Of a stretch of 64,000 bases of DNA, positions 7,190 to 16,530 are shown piece by piece. Origin of the DNA: an uncultured Alphaproteobacteria bacterium. GTDB taxonomy: Bacteria; Pseudomonadota; Alphaproteobacteria; Methylaequorales; Methylaequoraceae. Location of the stretch: contig CACMJG010000001.1 of the NCBI GenBank assembly GCA_902613995.1, forward strand, positions 19,751 through 83,750, written 5' to 3'. Both the position numbers and the translations under genes were made by a program. How positions within the stretch are numbered: the stretch's first letter is position 1; every line of letters begins with the position of its first letter. The notes below the pieces were generated by a model. The model was not told the origin of the DNA and did not search any database. It worked only from the letters and a program-made list of their open reading frames with translations.

Positions 7190-8337
7190 TTTATTCCAAA
7201 GAATTTTAAAATTTCGTTTCTATGCTCATCTAAATTTGGTGCTAACTTTATTTGTGGCTTTTTTTTAACAAAATCAAAATTGAATGGAGTGTGAGCAACC
7301 TTTAATTTCCCGAGTTTCTCGGGATAGTCAGAAATCATTTTTCTATGAAGTATTTGTTTATTACGCGTTATCTCGCTGACTGAATTAATTTTTGCACATG
7401 GTATTTTATTGATTGTTAATTTCTTGATCCAAAATGACGTTTTATTTTTCTTAAAAATTAACTCTAATTCCTTTTTAAAATTATTAAGATTATCATTTCT
7501 TTTTTTATTAGAAGAATATTTTTCAGCCAATTTTTTATTTTTTAAAACATTACAAAATTTTTCAAATAATCTATCATTTCCAATTGCCAAAACTAATAAC
7601 CCATCTTTTGTTTTAAAAGCACCAAATGGTGAAATTGAGGGGTGATCAGTTCCTAATGGTTTAGGGTTTCTTCCTTCGATTGAATATCTTGCAACTGCAT
7701 TTTCTAAAATTGAAACCTGACAATCTAACATACTTAAATCTAGTTTAGAGCCAGAATTTGTTTTATTTCGTCTAATTAATTGACTTAATATTCCAATAAC
7801 TGCAAATAAACTAGCAGTAATATCTCCAATAGAAGTCCCAACTCTTACTAAATTATCTTCATTCTTGCCAGTAATACTCATTAACCCTCCCATGGCTTGA
7901 ACAATAATATCATAAGCTGGAAGGTCTTTAAGTGGACCCGTTTCTCCAAATCCAGAAATTTTACTGTAAATTAATCTTGGATATTTCTTGGACAAATATT
8001 TCCAAGAAAAACCGAGTTTTTCCAAAGTTTCAGGCTTAAAGTTATCTATTAGAACATCTGATTTAGATAGAATTTTCTCAAAGATTTGCTTTTCCTTTTT
8101 TTTTTTTAAATCTAAACAAATACTTTTTTTTCCTCTGTTTAACGAAATAAAGTATCCAGACTTTCCATTTGCAAAAGGGCCGTAACCCCTTGAATCGTCT
8201 CCACCAGGTTTTTCTATTTTTATTACCTTAGCTCCCAAATCAGACAATATTAAGGTAGCAAACGGACCTGATAATACGTTTGTTAAGTCCAATACTAATA
8301 TTCCATCTAAGGGTAAGTTATTTTTTTTTTTTTCCAA
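7186..8337 (-). CDS. Family III CoA-transferase (CaiB/BaiF family)
   Basis: 383 aa. The N-terminus LDGILVLDLTNVLSGPFATLILSDLGAKVIKIE and the overall length are typical of the family. The substrate is unknown. Confidence 0.8.
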   Translation of the reverse strand: MEKKKNNLPLDGILVLDLTNVLSGPFATLILSDLGAKVIKIEKPGGDDSRGYGPFANGKSGYFISLNRGKKSICLDLKKKKEKQIFEKILSKSDVLIDNFKPETLEKLGFSWKYLSKKYPRLIYSKISGFGETGPLKDLPAYDIIVQAMGGLMSITGKNEDNLVRVGTSIGDITASLFAVIGILSQLIRRNKTNSGSKLDLSMLDCQVSILENAVARYSIEGRNPKPLGTDHPSISPFGAFKTKDGLLVLAIGNDRLFEKFCNVLKNKKLAEKYSSNKKRNDNLNNFKKELELIFKKNKTSFWIKKLTINKIPCAKINSVSEITRNKQILHRKMISDYPEKLGKLKVAHTPFNFDFVKKKPQIKLAPNLDEHRNEILKFFGIN

Positions 8338-8379
8338 TAAAGTACTTGAGATTTTGATTTAATATCATCAAAATAAATC

Positions 8380-10962
8380 ATGAATTTTGATCAATTCAAC
8401 GATAAAAGTAAATTATTAATTAATCAAGCACAAAATAAAGCGCTATCACTAAACAATCAACAAATCTCAGTTGAACATTTAGTTTTTAGTATTTTTGATG
8501 ATTCTGATAGTTTTTTCGAAGATATAATTGAAAATTGCCAATTAGAAAAATCGAATCTAACAGATTTAGTTGAAAAAGAAATTAATAATATACCTAAAGT
8601 TCTTGGAAGGAATCTTAATGTTTTTCTTTCAGATGAACTAGTTAAGGTTTTAGAATTATCAAAAACAACAAAAGATGAATTTAATGATTCGTTTATTTCT
8701 CCTGAAATTTTATTGTATACTATTTTATGTTTAGAAGATCTAAAAATTACACAATTATTGAATACTAATAAATTAAATAAGAATACACTTAAATCAGTCA
8801 TTTTAAAACTTCGCAAAGGCCAAACTATTAACGAAAAAAATTCAAATTCTAGTTCTGATGAACTATCAAAGTATTCTGTAGATCTTACAGAATTGGCAAA
8901 ATTAGGAAAATTAGATCCAGTAATTGGAAGAGAAGAAGAAATTAGAAGAAGTATTCAGGTACTATCAAGAAGAACAAAAAATAATCCAGTACTGATAGGA
9001 GAACCCGGTGTAGGTAAAACTGCTATTGTTGAAGGATTAGCATTAAGAATTATCAATAATGATATTCCAGACTCATTAAAAAAAAAGAAAGTTATTTCCT
9101 TAGATTTAGGTTCATTAGTTGCAGGAGCCAAATTTCGTGGAGATTTTGAAGAGAGATTAAAAAAAATTCTTAAGAACATCGAAAATAATAAACATTCAAC
9201 TATTTTATTTATAGATGAAATACATACTTTGGTAGGTGCAGGTAAAACTGATGGAGCAATGGACGCATCAAACTTATTAAAGCCAGCCTTGGCAAGGGGA
9301 GAACTTCATTGCATTGGAGCAACTACACTAAATGAATATAGAGAACATATTGAAAAAGACGCTGCTCTAGCTCGAAGATTTCAGCAAATATTGGTCGAGG
9401 AACCAAGCTTGGATGACTCAATATCTATTTTAAGAGGGTTAAAAGAAAAATATGAAGTTCATCATGGAGTAAAAATTCTAGATTCAGCAATAGTCTCCGC
9501 AGTTGAGTTATCTCAAAGATACATTAATGACAGATTTCTACCTGATAAAGCAATTGATCTTATGGATGAAGCAGCGTCACGTATAAGATTACAAATTGAT
9601 TCAAAGCCAGAAAAGCTTGATAAAATTGAGAGAAGACTTTTACAAAATAAAATTGAATATGAAAGCCTAAAAAAAGAAAACGATAAAAAGTCTTTACAAA
9701 GGACAAATGACCTTAAAGAAGAAATTAAAAAATTAGAGGAAGAATTTGAAAATTTTAATAATAATTGGAATAGAGAAAAGAATGTGATTAACGATATCCA
9801 AAAACTCAAATCTACAATTGAATTCAATAGAAATAAGTTAAACATCCTACAACGAGAGGGTGAATTATCAAAAGCGGGAGAATTGGCTTACAGTAAGATT
9901 CCCGAATTAGAAAATAAACTTAAAATGCTAGAATCGAAGAAAGAGCAAAAAATTTTAAGAAAGTACGTATCTCCAGATGAAATTGCAGAAGTAATATCTA
10001 AATCAACTGGGGTTCCAGTTGAAAGAATGCTAGAGGGAGAGAAAGAAAAAATAATTAACATGGAAAATGAACTTCAAAAAAAAGTCATTGGACAAACCGA
10101 AGCAATTCAAAAAATATCTAGATGTGTGCTAAGAGCAAGAGCCGGAATTCAAGATCCTAATAGACCCATAGGTATTTTTTTATTTCTAGGGCCTACAGGT
10201 GTAGGAAAAACTGAATTGACAAAAATTCTTTCCGAATTTCTTTTTAATGATGAAAAATCATTATTTAGATTGGACATGTCTGAATATATGGAAAAACATT
10301 CGGTTTCGAAATTAATTGGTTCACCACCAGGTTACGTTGGGTTCGAGGAAGGTGGAATTTTAACAGAATCTATTAGAAGAAAACCATATCAACTAGTTCT
10401 GCTTGACGAGATTGAAAAGGCTCATCCAGATGTTTTTAATTTATTATTGCAAGTCTTTGATGATGGAAGGTTAACTGACTCCAAAGGCAGATTTGTAAAC
10501 TTTAAAAATACAATTATTATTATGACTTCAAATTTAGGTGCCGAATTGATTGAGTTTTCTGAGGAACAAAAAAGTCAGGTCGAGATTTTTACAAAAGAAA
10601 AAATAATGGAAAAAGTTAGAAAGCATTTTAAACCTGAATTTTTAAATAGAATTGATGAATCTATAATATTTAATAGGCTTACAAAAAAAGAAATAAAAAA
10701 AATCATTGATATTCAGTTGGATTTACTTGAAGAAATTTTGAAACCTAAAAAAATTTCAGCTAAATTTGACGAAAAATCAAAGAATTGGATTGTAAATGAA
10801 GGGTTTTCCAACTTATATGGAGCAAGACCATTAAAACGACTTATACAAAAAGAGATTATAGATAAGATAGCACATCTCATTTTGAGTAATAATATTAAGG
10901 AAGGTTCACAAGTTAGTGTAACTGTAAATGAAAATAATGAATTAATTATAAATTATGATTAA
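8380..10962 (+). CDS. clpB: ATP-dependent chaperone/disaggregase ClpB
   Basis: 860 aa. It has two AAA+ modules (GEPGVGKTAIVEGLA and GPTGVGKTELTK) separated by a long coiled-coil middle domain, plus a Clp N-domain. Confidence 0.97.
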   Translation: MNFDQFNDKSKLLINQAQNKALSLNNQQISVEHLVFSIFDDSDSFFEDIIENCQLEKSNLTDLVEKEINNIPKVLGRNLNVFLSDELVKVLELSKTTKDEFNDSFISPEILLYTILCLEDLKITQLLNTNKLNKNTLKSVILKLRKGQTINEKNSNSSSDELSKYSVDLTELAKLGKLDPVIGREEEIRRSIQVLSRRTKNNPVLIGEPGVGKTAIVEGLALRIINNDIPDSLKKKKVISLDLGSLVAGAKFRGDFEERLKKILKNIENNKHSTILFIDEIHTLVGAGKTDGAMDASNLLKPALARGELHCIGATTLNEYREHIEKDAALARRFQQILVEEPSLDDSISILRGLKEKYEVHHGVKILDSAIVSAVELSQRYINDRFLPDKAIDLMDEAASRIRLQIDSKPEKLDKIERRLLQNKIEYESLKKENDKKSLQRTNDLKEEIKKLEEEFENFNNNWNREKNVINDIQKLKSTIEFNRNKLNILQREGELSKAGELAYSKIPELENKLKMLESKKEQKILRKYVSPDEIAEVISKSTGVPVERMLEGEKEKIINMENELQKKVIGQTEAIQKISRCVLRARAGIQDPNRPIGIFLFLGPTGVGKTELTKILSEFLFNDEKSLFRLDMSEYMEKHSVSKLIGSPPGYVGFEEGGILTESIRRKPYQLVLLDEIEKAHPDVFNLLLQVFDDGRLTDSKGRFVNFKNTIIIMTSNLGAELIEFSEEQKSQVEIFTKEKIMEKVRKHFKPEFLNRIDESIIFNRLTKKEIKKIIDIQLDLLEEILKPKKISAKFDEKSKNWIVNEGFSNLYGARPLKRLIQKEIIDKIAHLILSNNIKEGSQVSVTVNENNELIINYD

Positions 10963-11833
10963 AAACGTTGGATTTATTGGTCTTGGTGTAATGGGTTATA
11001 ATATTGCACTTCATATAATTAATGCTAATAGAAATGTTCATGTAATTAATAGAAATTCAACAAATACATTAAAATTTATAAAAAAATTTAGAAACTCTAA
11101 AAGACTTTTTACATATGATCAATACGATCACTTATCAAATAAATGTGATTTTATAGTATCTTGTGTTGGCAAAGATTTAGATTTAAAAGATGTGTATCTA
11201 TCAAAAAGTGGAATATTGAAAGGTTTACGTCCAAAAACATTAATCGTGGACCATACTACTGCGTCGTACGATATATCTAAGGTATTGTATGATAAAATTT
11301 TAGGTAAGAAATGCTATTTTTTTGATGCACCAATTAGTGGTGGAGAAATTGGTGCAATAAATGGAACATTGTCAATTATGGTTGGTGGAAAAAAGTCAAA
11401 ATTCAATAATATAAAAGAAATTTTAAATTTATACTCTAAGTCATTGATTTACATGGGAAAATCTGGTTCAGGACAACTTACTAAAATGGTTAATCAAATA
11501 TGTGTCGCAACAATTATTCAGGGATTAGCTGAGGGTTTAAACTTTGCTAAAAAAAAAAAACTAAACATTGATAGCCTTATTAAAGTATTAAAAAATGGAG
11601 CTGGTCAATCATGGCAATTAGAGAATAGAGCAAAAACAATGTGGAAATCAGAGTTCGACTTTGGATTTATGAATAAATTGATGCAAAAAGACCTTGATAT
11701 AATTTTCAAGGAAATAAATCAATCTGATATTAGACTTCCTGTAACAAAGATAATTAAAAACAATTATAAAAAACTTATTAAACTTGGTTTTGAAAAAGAA
11801 GATACTTCAAACTTGATAAGATTGTTGATGTAA
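10955..11833 (+). CDS. NAD(P)-dependent beta-hydroxyacid dehydrogenase (3-hydroxyisobutyrate / 2-hydroxy-3-oxopropionate reductase family)
   Basis: 292 aa. It has an N-terminal Rossmann motif GFIGLGVMG and family-typical central motifs (DAPISGG, GSGQLTKMVNQ). Confidence 0.8.
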   Translation: MIKNVGFIGLGVMGYNIALHIINANRNVHVINRNSTNTLKFIKKFRNSKRLFTYDQYDHLSNKCDFIVSCVGKDLDLKDVYLSKSGILKGLRPKTLIVDHTTASYDISKVLYDKILGKKCYFFDAPISGGEIGAINGTLSIMVGGKKSKFNNIKEILNLYSKSLIYMGKSGSGQLTKMVNQICVATIIQGLAEGLNFAKKKKLNIDSLIKVLKNGAGQSWQLENRAKTMWKSEFDFGFMNKLMQKDLDIIFKEINQSDIRLPVTKIIKNNYKKLIKLGFEKEDTSNLIRLLM

Positions 11834-12952
11834 AAATTTTATTAAATTGTACTTGCTTAAATTTTTAATAATAACGTTCTTTAATTCACTTATACCACTA
11901 CCGTTAACTGCAGAAATCATTACAGATTTCTCACTCATCAAATTGTGGTGATTTATTTTATTTTTCACTAAATCAGTTTTATTTATTACTTCTATTATTC
12001 TTTCATCATCTTTTTGAACTCCAATTTCTTCAAGTATTCTTAAAACCTCATTTTTTTGATCAAAATATTCTGAATCTGAAATATCTCTGACATGAAGTAT
12101 CAAATCAGAATTTATAATTTCATTAAGTGTCGATTTAAACGAGTCAATTAAAGTTGTTGGCAAATCTCTTATAAAACCAACTGTATCAATAAAATTTAAA
12201 TTAAAACCATTGATGTAACCATTTCTAATAGTTGAGTCCAAAGATGCAAAAAGCATGTTTTTTGATAATACTTTAGATTTAGTAATTAGATTAAATAATG
12301 TTGATTTTCCAGAATTTGTATAACCTACCAATGAAATAATAGGTATTTTATTTTTTATTCTTCTATATCTTTGAATATTCCTAATTTTATCAATTTTATT
12401 GATTTTAATTTTTAGTCTGTTAATTCTCTCTGTTAATTGACGTCTATCTGATTCAATTTGTTTTTCACCTGGGCCTCCCATAAATCCAGCTCCTCCTCTT
12501 TGTCTTTCTAGATGAGTCCATGATCTTACGAGTCTACTCTTTTGGAATTTTAAGCTCGCTAATAAAACACTTAATTTCCCCTCATTTGATTTGGCTCGAG
12601 AACCAAATATTTCTATAATTAACCCAGTTCTATCTATAATTTTACAGTTTGTTGCTTTTTCTAAGTTTCTTTGTTGTATAGGGGAGAGATTTGTATTTAA
12701 AAAAATTAATTCGGCATTTAGGTCAATTACATTTTGTTTCAAAAAAACAACATAACCAGATTTAAGATAAGTTTTTGGATTTACACCGTCTATCCCAACA
12801 AGGGAGGAATCAATACAATTTAAATTGATTGCTTGAGCCAACTTTATTGCTTCTTCTAGAAGTATTTCTTTTGAGCTTCGTGATCTTTTTATATATGGAT
12901 GAATAACTATTGTTTGTGTATTATTCATGGATTTGGCATTTAACGAGTTCAT
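11807..12952 (-). CDS. hflX: GTPase HflX
   Basis: 381 aa. It has an HflX N-domain and G-motifs (GYTNSGKSTLFN, DTVGF, NKTD). The true start may be Met9 (12928). The 3' end overlaps the convergent dehydrogenase gene by 27 nt. Confidence 0.9.
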   Translation of the reverse strand: MNSLNAKSMNNTQTIVIHPYIKRSRSSKEILLEEAIKLAQAINLNCIDSSLVGIDGVNPKTYLKSGYVVFLKQNVIDLNAELIFLNTNLSPIQQRNLEKATNCKIIDRTGLIIEIFGSRAKSNEGKLSVLLASLKFQKSRLVRSWTHLERQRGGAGFMGGPGEKQIESDRRQLTERINRLKIKINKIDKIRNIQRYRRIKNKIPIISLVGYTNSGKSTLFNLITKSKVLSKNMLFASLDSTIRNGYINGFNLNFIDTVGFIRDLPTTLIDSFKSTLNEIINSDLILHVRDISDSEYFDQKNEVLRILEEIGVQKDDERIIEVINKTDLVKNKINHHNLMSEKSVMISAVNGSGISELKNVIIKNLSKYNLIKFLHQQSYQV

Positions 12953-13775
12953 TGTACATTTTAATTAATACTTTAGTCATTTGTCCTGGTTTTCCGTTAC
13001 CAATAGTTTTTTCATCAATTTTTACAACTGGAAGAATTTTCGCAGTAGTACTAGTTAAGAAAGCTTCTTTACTTGAAAATAAATCACTTGAAGAAAACGC
13101 CTTTTCGATGACTTTTATTTTATTTTTTTTTGCAATCTCAATAAGTGTATCTCGTGTTACCCCACCTAAAATAAAATTGTTAGCTGGATGTGTTTGAATA
13201 AAACCATTTCCATTGACTATGAAGGCATTTGACGTCGATCCCTCCGTGATTAGGTTTTTTCTTTTTTGCCATGATTCATACATTCCCTCTTCAAAGGCAT
13301 TTTGTTTTTCTAAAACATTTGGTAATAAAGAAATCGACTTTATATCACATCTTTTCCATCTAAGATCTTCAGTTAATCGAACTTTTACTCCATTCAGGAT
13401 CAATTTGTTATCCAATTTTGCAGTAAAGGTGAAAATGACCACATTGGGCTTAGATGATTTTGGAAAAAGATGATTTCTAGACGAGCTTCCCCTGGTAATT
13501 TGGAGATACACAAAACCTTTGTCTAGTTTATTTAACTTGATAAGTTTTTTTAATATTAATTCTAGACTTTTATAATTAGTTAATGGTTTTTGAATTCTCA
13601 AACCGTCAAGTGACTTTGCTAGTCTTTTTACATGTTTGTCGAAATTGATGACTTGGTTTCCAAAAAAAGACATAACTTCGTACACACCGTCAGAAAAGTT
13701 AAATCCCCTATCTTGAATTGATATCATTGCTGAATTTTTTTCTTCATATGAACCATTTACATAACAAATTGACAT
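12921..13775 (-). CDS. dat: Class IV (D-amino acid / branched-chain) aminotransferase
   Basis: 284 aa. The N-terminus VNGSYEEKNSAMISIQDRGFNFSDGVYEV is typical of fold-type IV PLP enzymes. It sits between trkA and hflX, as in rhizobial genomes. Confidence 0.8.
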   Translation of the reverse strand: MSICYVNGSYEEKNSAMISIQDRGFNFSDGVYEVMSFFGNQVINFDKHVKRLAKSLDGLRIQKPLTNYKSLELILKKLIKLNKLDKGFVYLQITRGSSSRNHLFPKSSKPNVVIFTFTAKLDNKLILNGVKVRLTEDLRWKRCDIKSISLLPNVLEKQNAFEEGMYESWQKRKNLITEGSTSNAFIVNGNGFIQTHPANNFILGGVTRDTLIEIAKKNKIKVIEKAFSSSDLFSSKEAFLTSTTAKILPVVKIDEKTIGNGKPGQMTKVLIKMYNELVKCQIHE

Positions 13776-15157
13776 TAAAAGAACTCTATATTTACTTCTG
13801 AATATTTTTCTATTTCTTTAATAGATGATGGTTTCGAAAAAATTATTAACTTATCGTTCACATATATAGTTGTGTTTTCATCTGGAAAAATCAATTTCTT
13901 ATTTCTTACGATACCACCAATAACCACACCATCTGGCATATCTAAATCAATTATTTTTTTATCAGCAAATTTGGTTGTAGGTAAAATCTCTATTTCCATT
14001 ATTTCACCCCTGTCATTTCCAAAATCGTGAACCTCTTTTACTTTTCCTCTTCTAACATACTGTAGAATGGCTGAAGTTGTAATATTACCAGGATGGATAA
14101 GGACGTCTAAATCAAGCTTCTTTGACAAATTTCTATAATTTGTGTTGTTAACGATCGCCATCGTTCTTTTGCATCCAAGATCTTTTGCCAAAAGTGAAGA
14201 AAAAATATTTACCTCATCATCATCTGTTACAGTTATAATTGCTTCTGAATCTGATGCACCAGCATCTCTCAATAGATTAGAATCAATTGCATCTCCACAT
14301 AAAATAGTGCTTTGTTTTGAAAGTTTAGAAGAAATATCTTTTGTTCTCTCTAAATCATTATCAATAATTTTACAATTTATATCGGGATAGTCCTTTTCTA
14401 AAATTTTTAAAATATTCAATCCAATATTTCCAGCACCTACAACAATTAATTTTCTATTTTCTTGAGGTTTTATTCCGAAGACTCTAAGTGCTCTTAAAAT
14501 ATCATCATTTTTAATACAAATATAAATATCGTCACCAGGATAAAGCTCAACTTTTCCAGTAGGAATTATTATCTCGTCTTTTCTAAAAATGGATAAAATC
14601 TTTACTTCTAAACCAGAAAAAATTCCTGGAAGCATTCGTAATGGAGTATTTATTATCGGACACGAATCATTTATCGATATTCCAATTATTCTTGCTATTT
14701 TATCACCTAAATAGAAAGAATCGAAAGCACCTGGAGTATTCAGTTTTCTAATAATATCTTTTGCAACCTCTAACTCTGGTGAAATTATTGCATCAACATC
14801 AATTTTTCCTGGAGAGAAAATTTTCTTGGCATAATTTGACTTTAAATATTCAGATTCTTTAATTCTTGCTACTTTTAAAGGGATTTTGAATAAATGGTTT
14901 GCAAGTTCACAAGAAATGATATTAAGTTCATCACTTTCTGTTACCGCAATAATCATGTCGGCTTCATCAGCACCTGCTTTCTCAAGAATTTCTGGATGCG
15001 TTGTTTTTCCACAAACACTTTTTAAATCCACACTTTTATTTAACATCCTTAAACTAGACTCTGATTTATCGATGATTGTTACATCATTATCCTCGTAAAC
15101 AAGCTGTTTCGCAATATTAGAACCAATTTCACCAGCACCACAAACAATAATTTTCAT
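13775..15157 (-). CDS. trkA: Trk potassium uptake system NAD-binding protein TrkA
   Basis: 460 aa. It has two RCK/TrkA-N modules (MKIIVCGAGEIGSNIA and LIVVGAGNIGLNI). Confidence 0.9.
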   Translation of the reverse strand: MKIIVCGAGEIGSNIAKQLVYEDNDVTIIDKSESSLRMLNKSVDLKSVCGKTTHPEILEKAGADEADMIIAVTESDELNIISCELANHLFKIPLKVARIKESEYLKSNYAKKIFSPGKIDVDAIISPELEVAKDIIRKLNTPGAFDSFYLGDKIARIIGISINDSCPIINTPLRMLPGIFSGLEVKILSIFRKDEIIIPTGKVELYPGDDIYICIKNDDILRALRVFGIKPQENRKLIVVGAGNIGLNILKILEKDYPDINCKIIDNDLERTKDISSKLSKQSTILCGDAIDSNLLRDAGASDSEAIITVTDDDEVNIFSSLLAKDLGCKRTMAIVNNTNYRNLSKKLDLDVLIHPGNITTSAILQYVRRGKVKEVHDFGNDRGEIMEIEILPTTKFADKKIIDLDMPDGVVIGGIVRNKKLIFPDENTTIYVNDKLIIFSKPSSIKEIEKYSEVNIEFF

Positions 15158-16521
15158 TTTTCTAATTCTGTTTTGATGTTAAGTAGTTTAAGTTTTCTGT
15201 AAATTGCAGTCCGTTCCATTCCAATTTCTTTAGCCATTTTTGTTACATTATATTTGAATTTTTCTAAATTAAATAGGAGATATTTTTTTTCAAAATCTTC
15301 CCTTGCCCTCTTAATTGACATATTCATAGAGTCATCAGAAAAAATATTCTTTTTATCAACAAGATTGATACCTAAACCAATAACATCACTTAAATTAATT
15401 TCGTTATTATCAATTTTATTCAACATTACAATTATCCACTCTACAAACTTTTTAAGTTGAAAAATATTTCTAAAATAATCTAAATCAATTAAATATGAAA
15501 TAACTTCAGTCGAAAATTTCTTTATTTTTAAACTTTTTTCAATAAATATCTCGGATGCAAAAATCTCTATTAATTCTCCTACATCATTTTTTCTTTCAGA
15601 TAGACTTGGTATTTCAATGATTGTGAAATTTAATTTTTTTAATAAATCTCTTCTTAAACTTTCTAAACGATTTTTATTTGATGAAGCAATTACTCTTAAA
15701 TCTAAAACATTAGGATTTAATGCACCAATTCTATAATATTTTTTTTCATCAAGAACTCTCAATATCTGTCCTTGTAATTTATCTGCTAATACGGTAACGT
15801 TTTTAAAGTACAGAGTCCCATAGTTTACTTCGTCTAGCAAACCTAATTCTTTGATCACTTGATTATCTTCAGAGCCAAAAAGTTGTTCTTCAAATATTTT
15901 TTTATCCAATCTACAATCTATTGATTTAAAGTGTTTTTTTGATCTATGAGAATAGTCATGTATCTTTGATGCAACAAATTCTTTACCACTTCCTTCGTCA
16001 CCAATAAGTACAATATTAGAATCAGTTTTACTAACTTCTAAAATTTTTTTTTCAAGGAGTTTTGAGGACTTTGAAATTGCAACAATTTCAGAATCCAAAT
16101 CTTTTCTTGAAAATTTTTCAATTTTCTTTTTTAAGATATAATTCTCTATTGCTTTCTTAATTTTGAAAATAAGTAGATCACTATCAAATGGTTTCTCTAT
16201 AAAGTCATATGCTCCCTTTTTAATAGAATTTACTGCTGTTTCAATATTCCCATGTCCACTAATCATGATGACTGGAATATTGTGATCTATTCTTTGAAGT
16301 TTTTCTAGAGCTTGGAAACCATCAAATTTTGAATTATTTAACCAAATATCCAATAGAACAAGAGAAAAGGATTTTTGTTTAAAAATCTCCAAACCCTTTT
16401 CTGAGGTGTTAGCTTTATCACATGAATATCCAATATCATTGAGAAGACCAGAAAGTTGGTTGCAAATGTCTGGTTCATCATCAATTATCAAAATTTTACT
16501 CTCTTTTAATTTCATACTCAT
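15154..16521 (-). CDS. ntrX: Response regulator NtrX (REC, AAA+-like and Fis-type HTH domains)
   Basis: 455 aa. It has a receiver domain (ILIIDDEPDI...LLDIWL), Walker A GDEGSGKE and a C-terminal HTH. No GAFTGA loop is present (ELFGSEDNQVIKELG), as is typical of NtrX. It lies downstream of ntrY. Confidence 0.8.
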   Translation of the reverse strand: MSMKLKESKILIIDDEPDICNQLSGLLNDIGYSCDKANTSEKGLEIFKQKSFSLVLLDIWLNNSKFDGFQALEKLQRIDHNIPVIMISGHGNIETAVNSIKKGAYDFIEKPFDSDLLIFKIKKAIENYILKKKIEKFSRKDLDSEIVAISKSSKLLEKKILEVSKTDSNIVLIGDEGSGKEFVASKIHDYSHRSKKHFKSIDCRLDKKIFEEQLFGSEDNQVIKELGLLDEVNYGTLYFKNVTVLADKLQGQILRVLDEKKYYRIGALNPNVLDLRVIASSNKNRLESLRRDLLKKLNFTIIEIPSLSERKNDVGELIEIFASEIFIEKSLKIKKFSTEVISYLIDLDYFRNIFQLKKFVEWIIVMLNKIDNNEINLSDVIGLGINLVDKKNIFSDDSMNMSIKRAREDFEKKYLLFNLEKFKYNVTKMAKEIGMERTAIYRKLKLLNIKTELEK

Positions 16522-16530
16522 ATTTGAAAA

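Noticed and set aside
8345-8370. A possible sigma-32 (RpoH) heat-shock promoter upstream of clpB (CTTGAG ... ATCATCA).
   Set aside because: Only the -35-like CTTGAG is convincing. The downstream region does not match CCCCATNT / CYTATNT at a proper spacing. I cannot support the call without TSS data or orthologous alignments.
15432-15439. A DnaA-box-like TTATCCAC.
   Set aside because: It is a single isolated copy inside ntrX coding sequence, with no cluster of boxes or AT-rich unwinding element in an intergenic region. It is not an origin.
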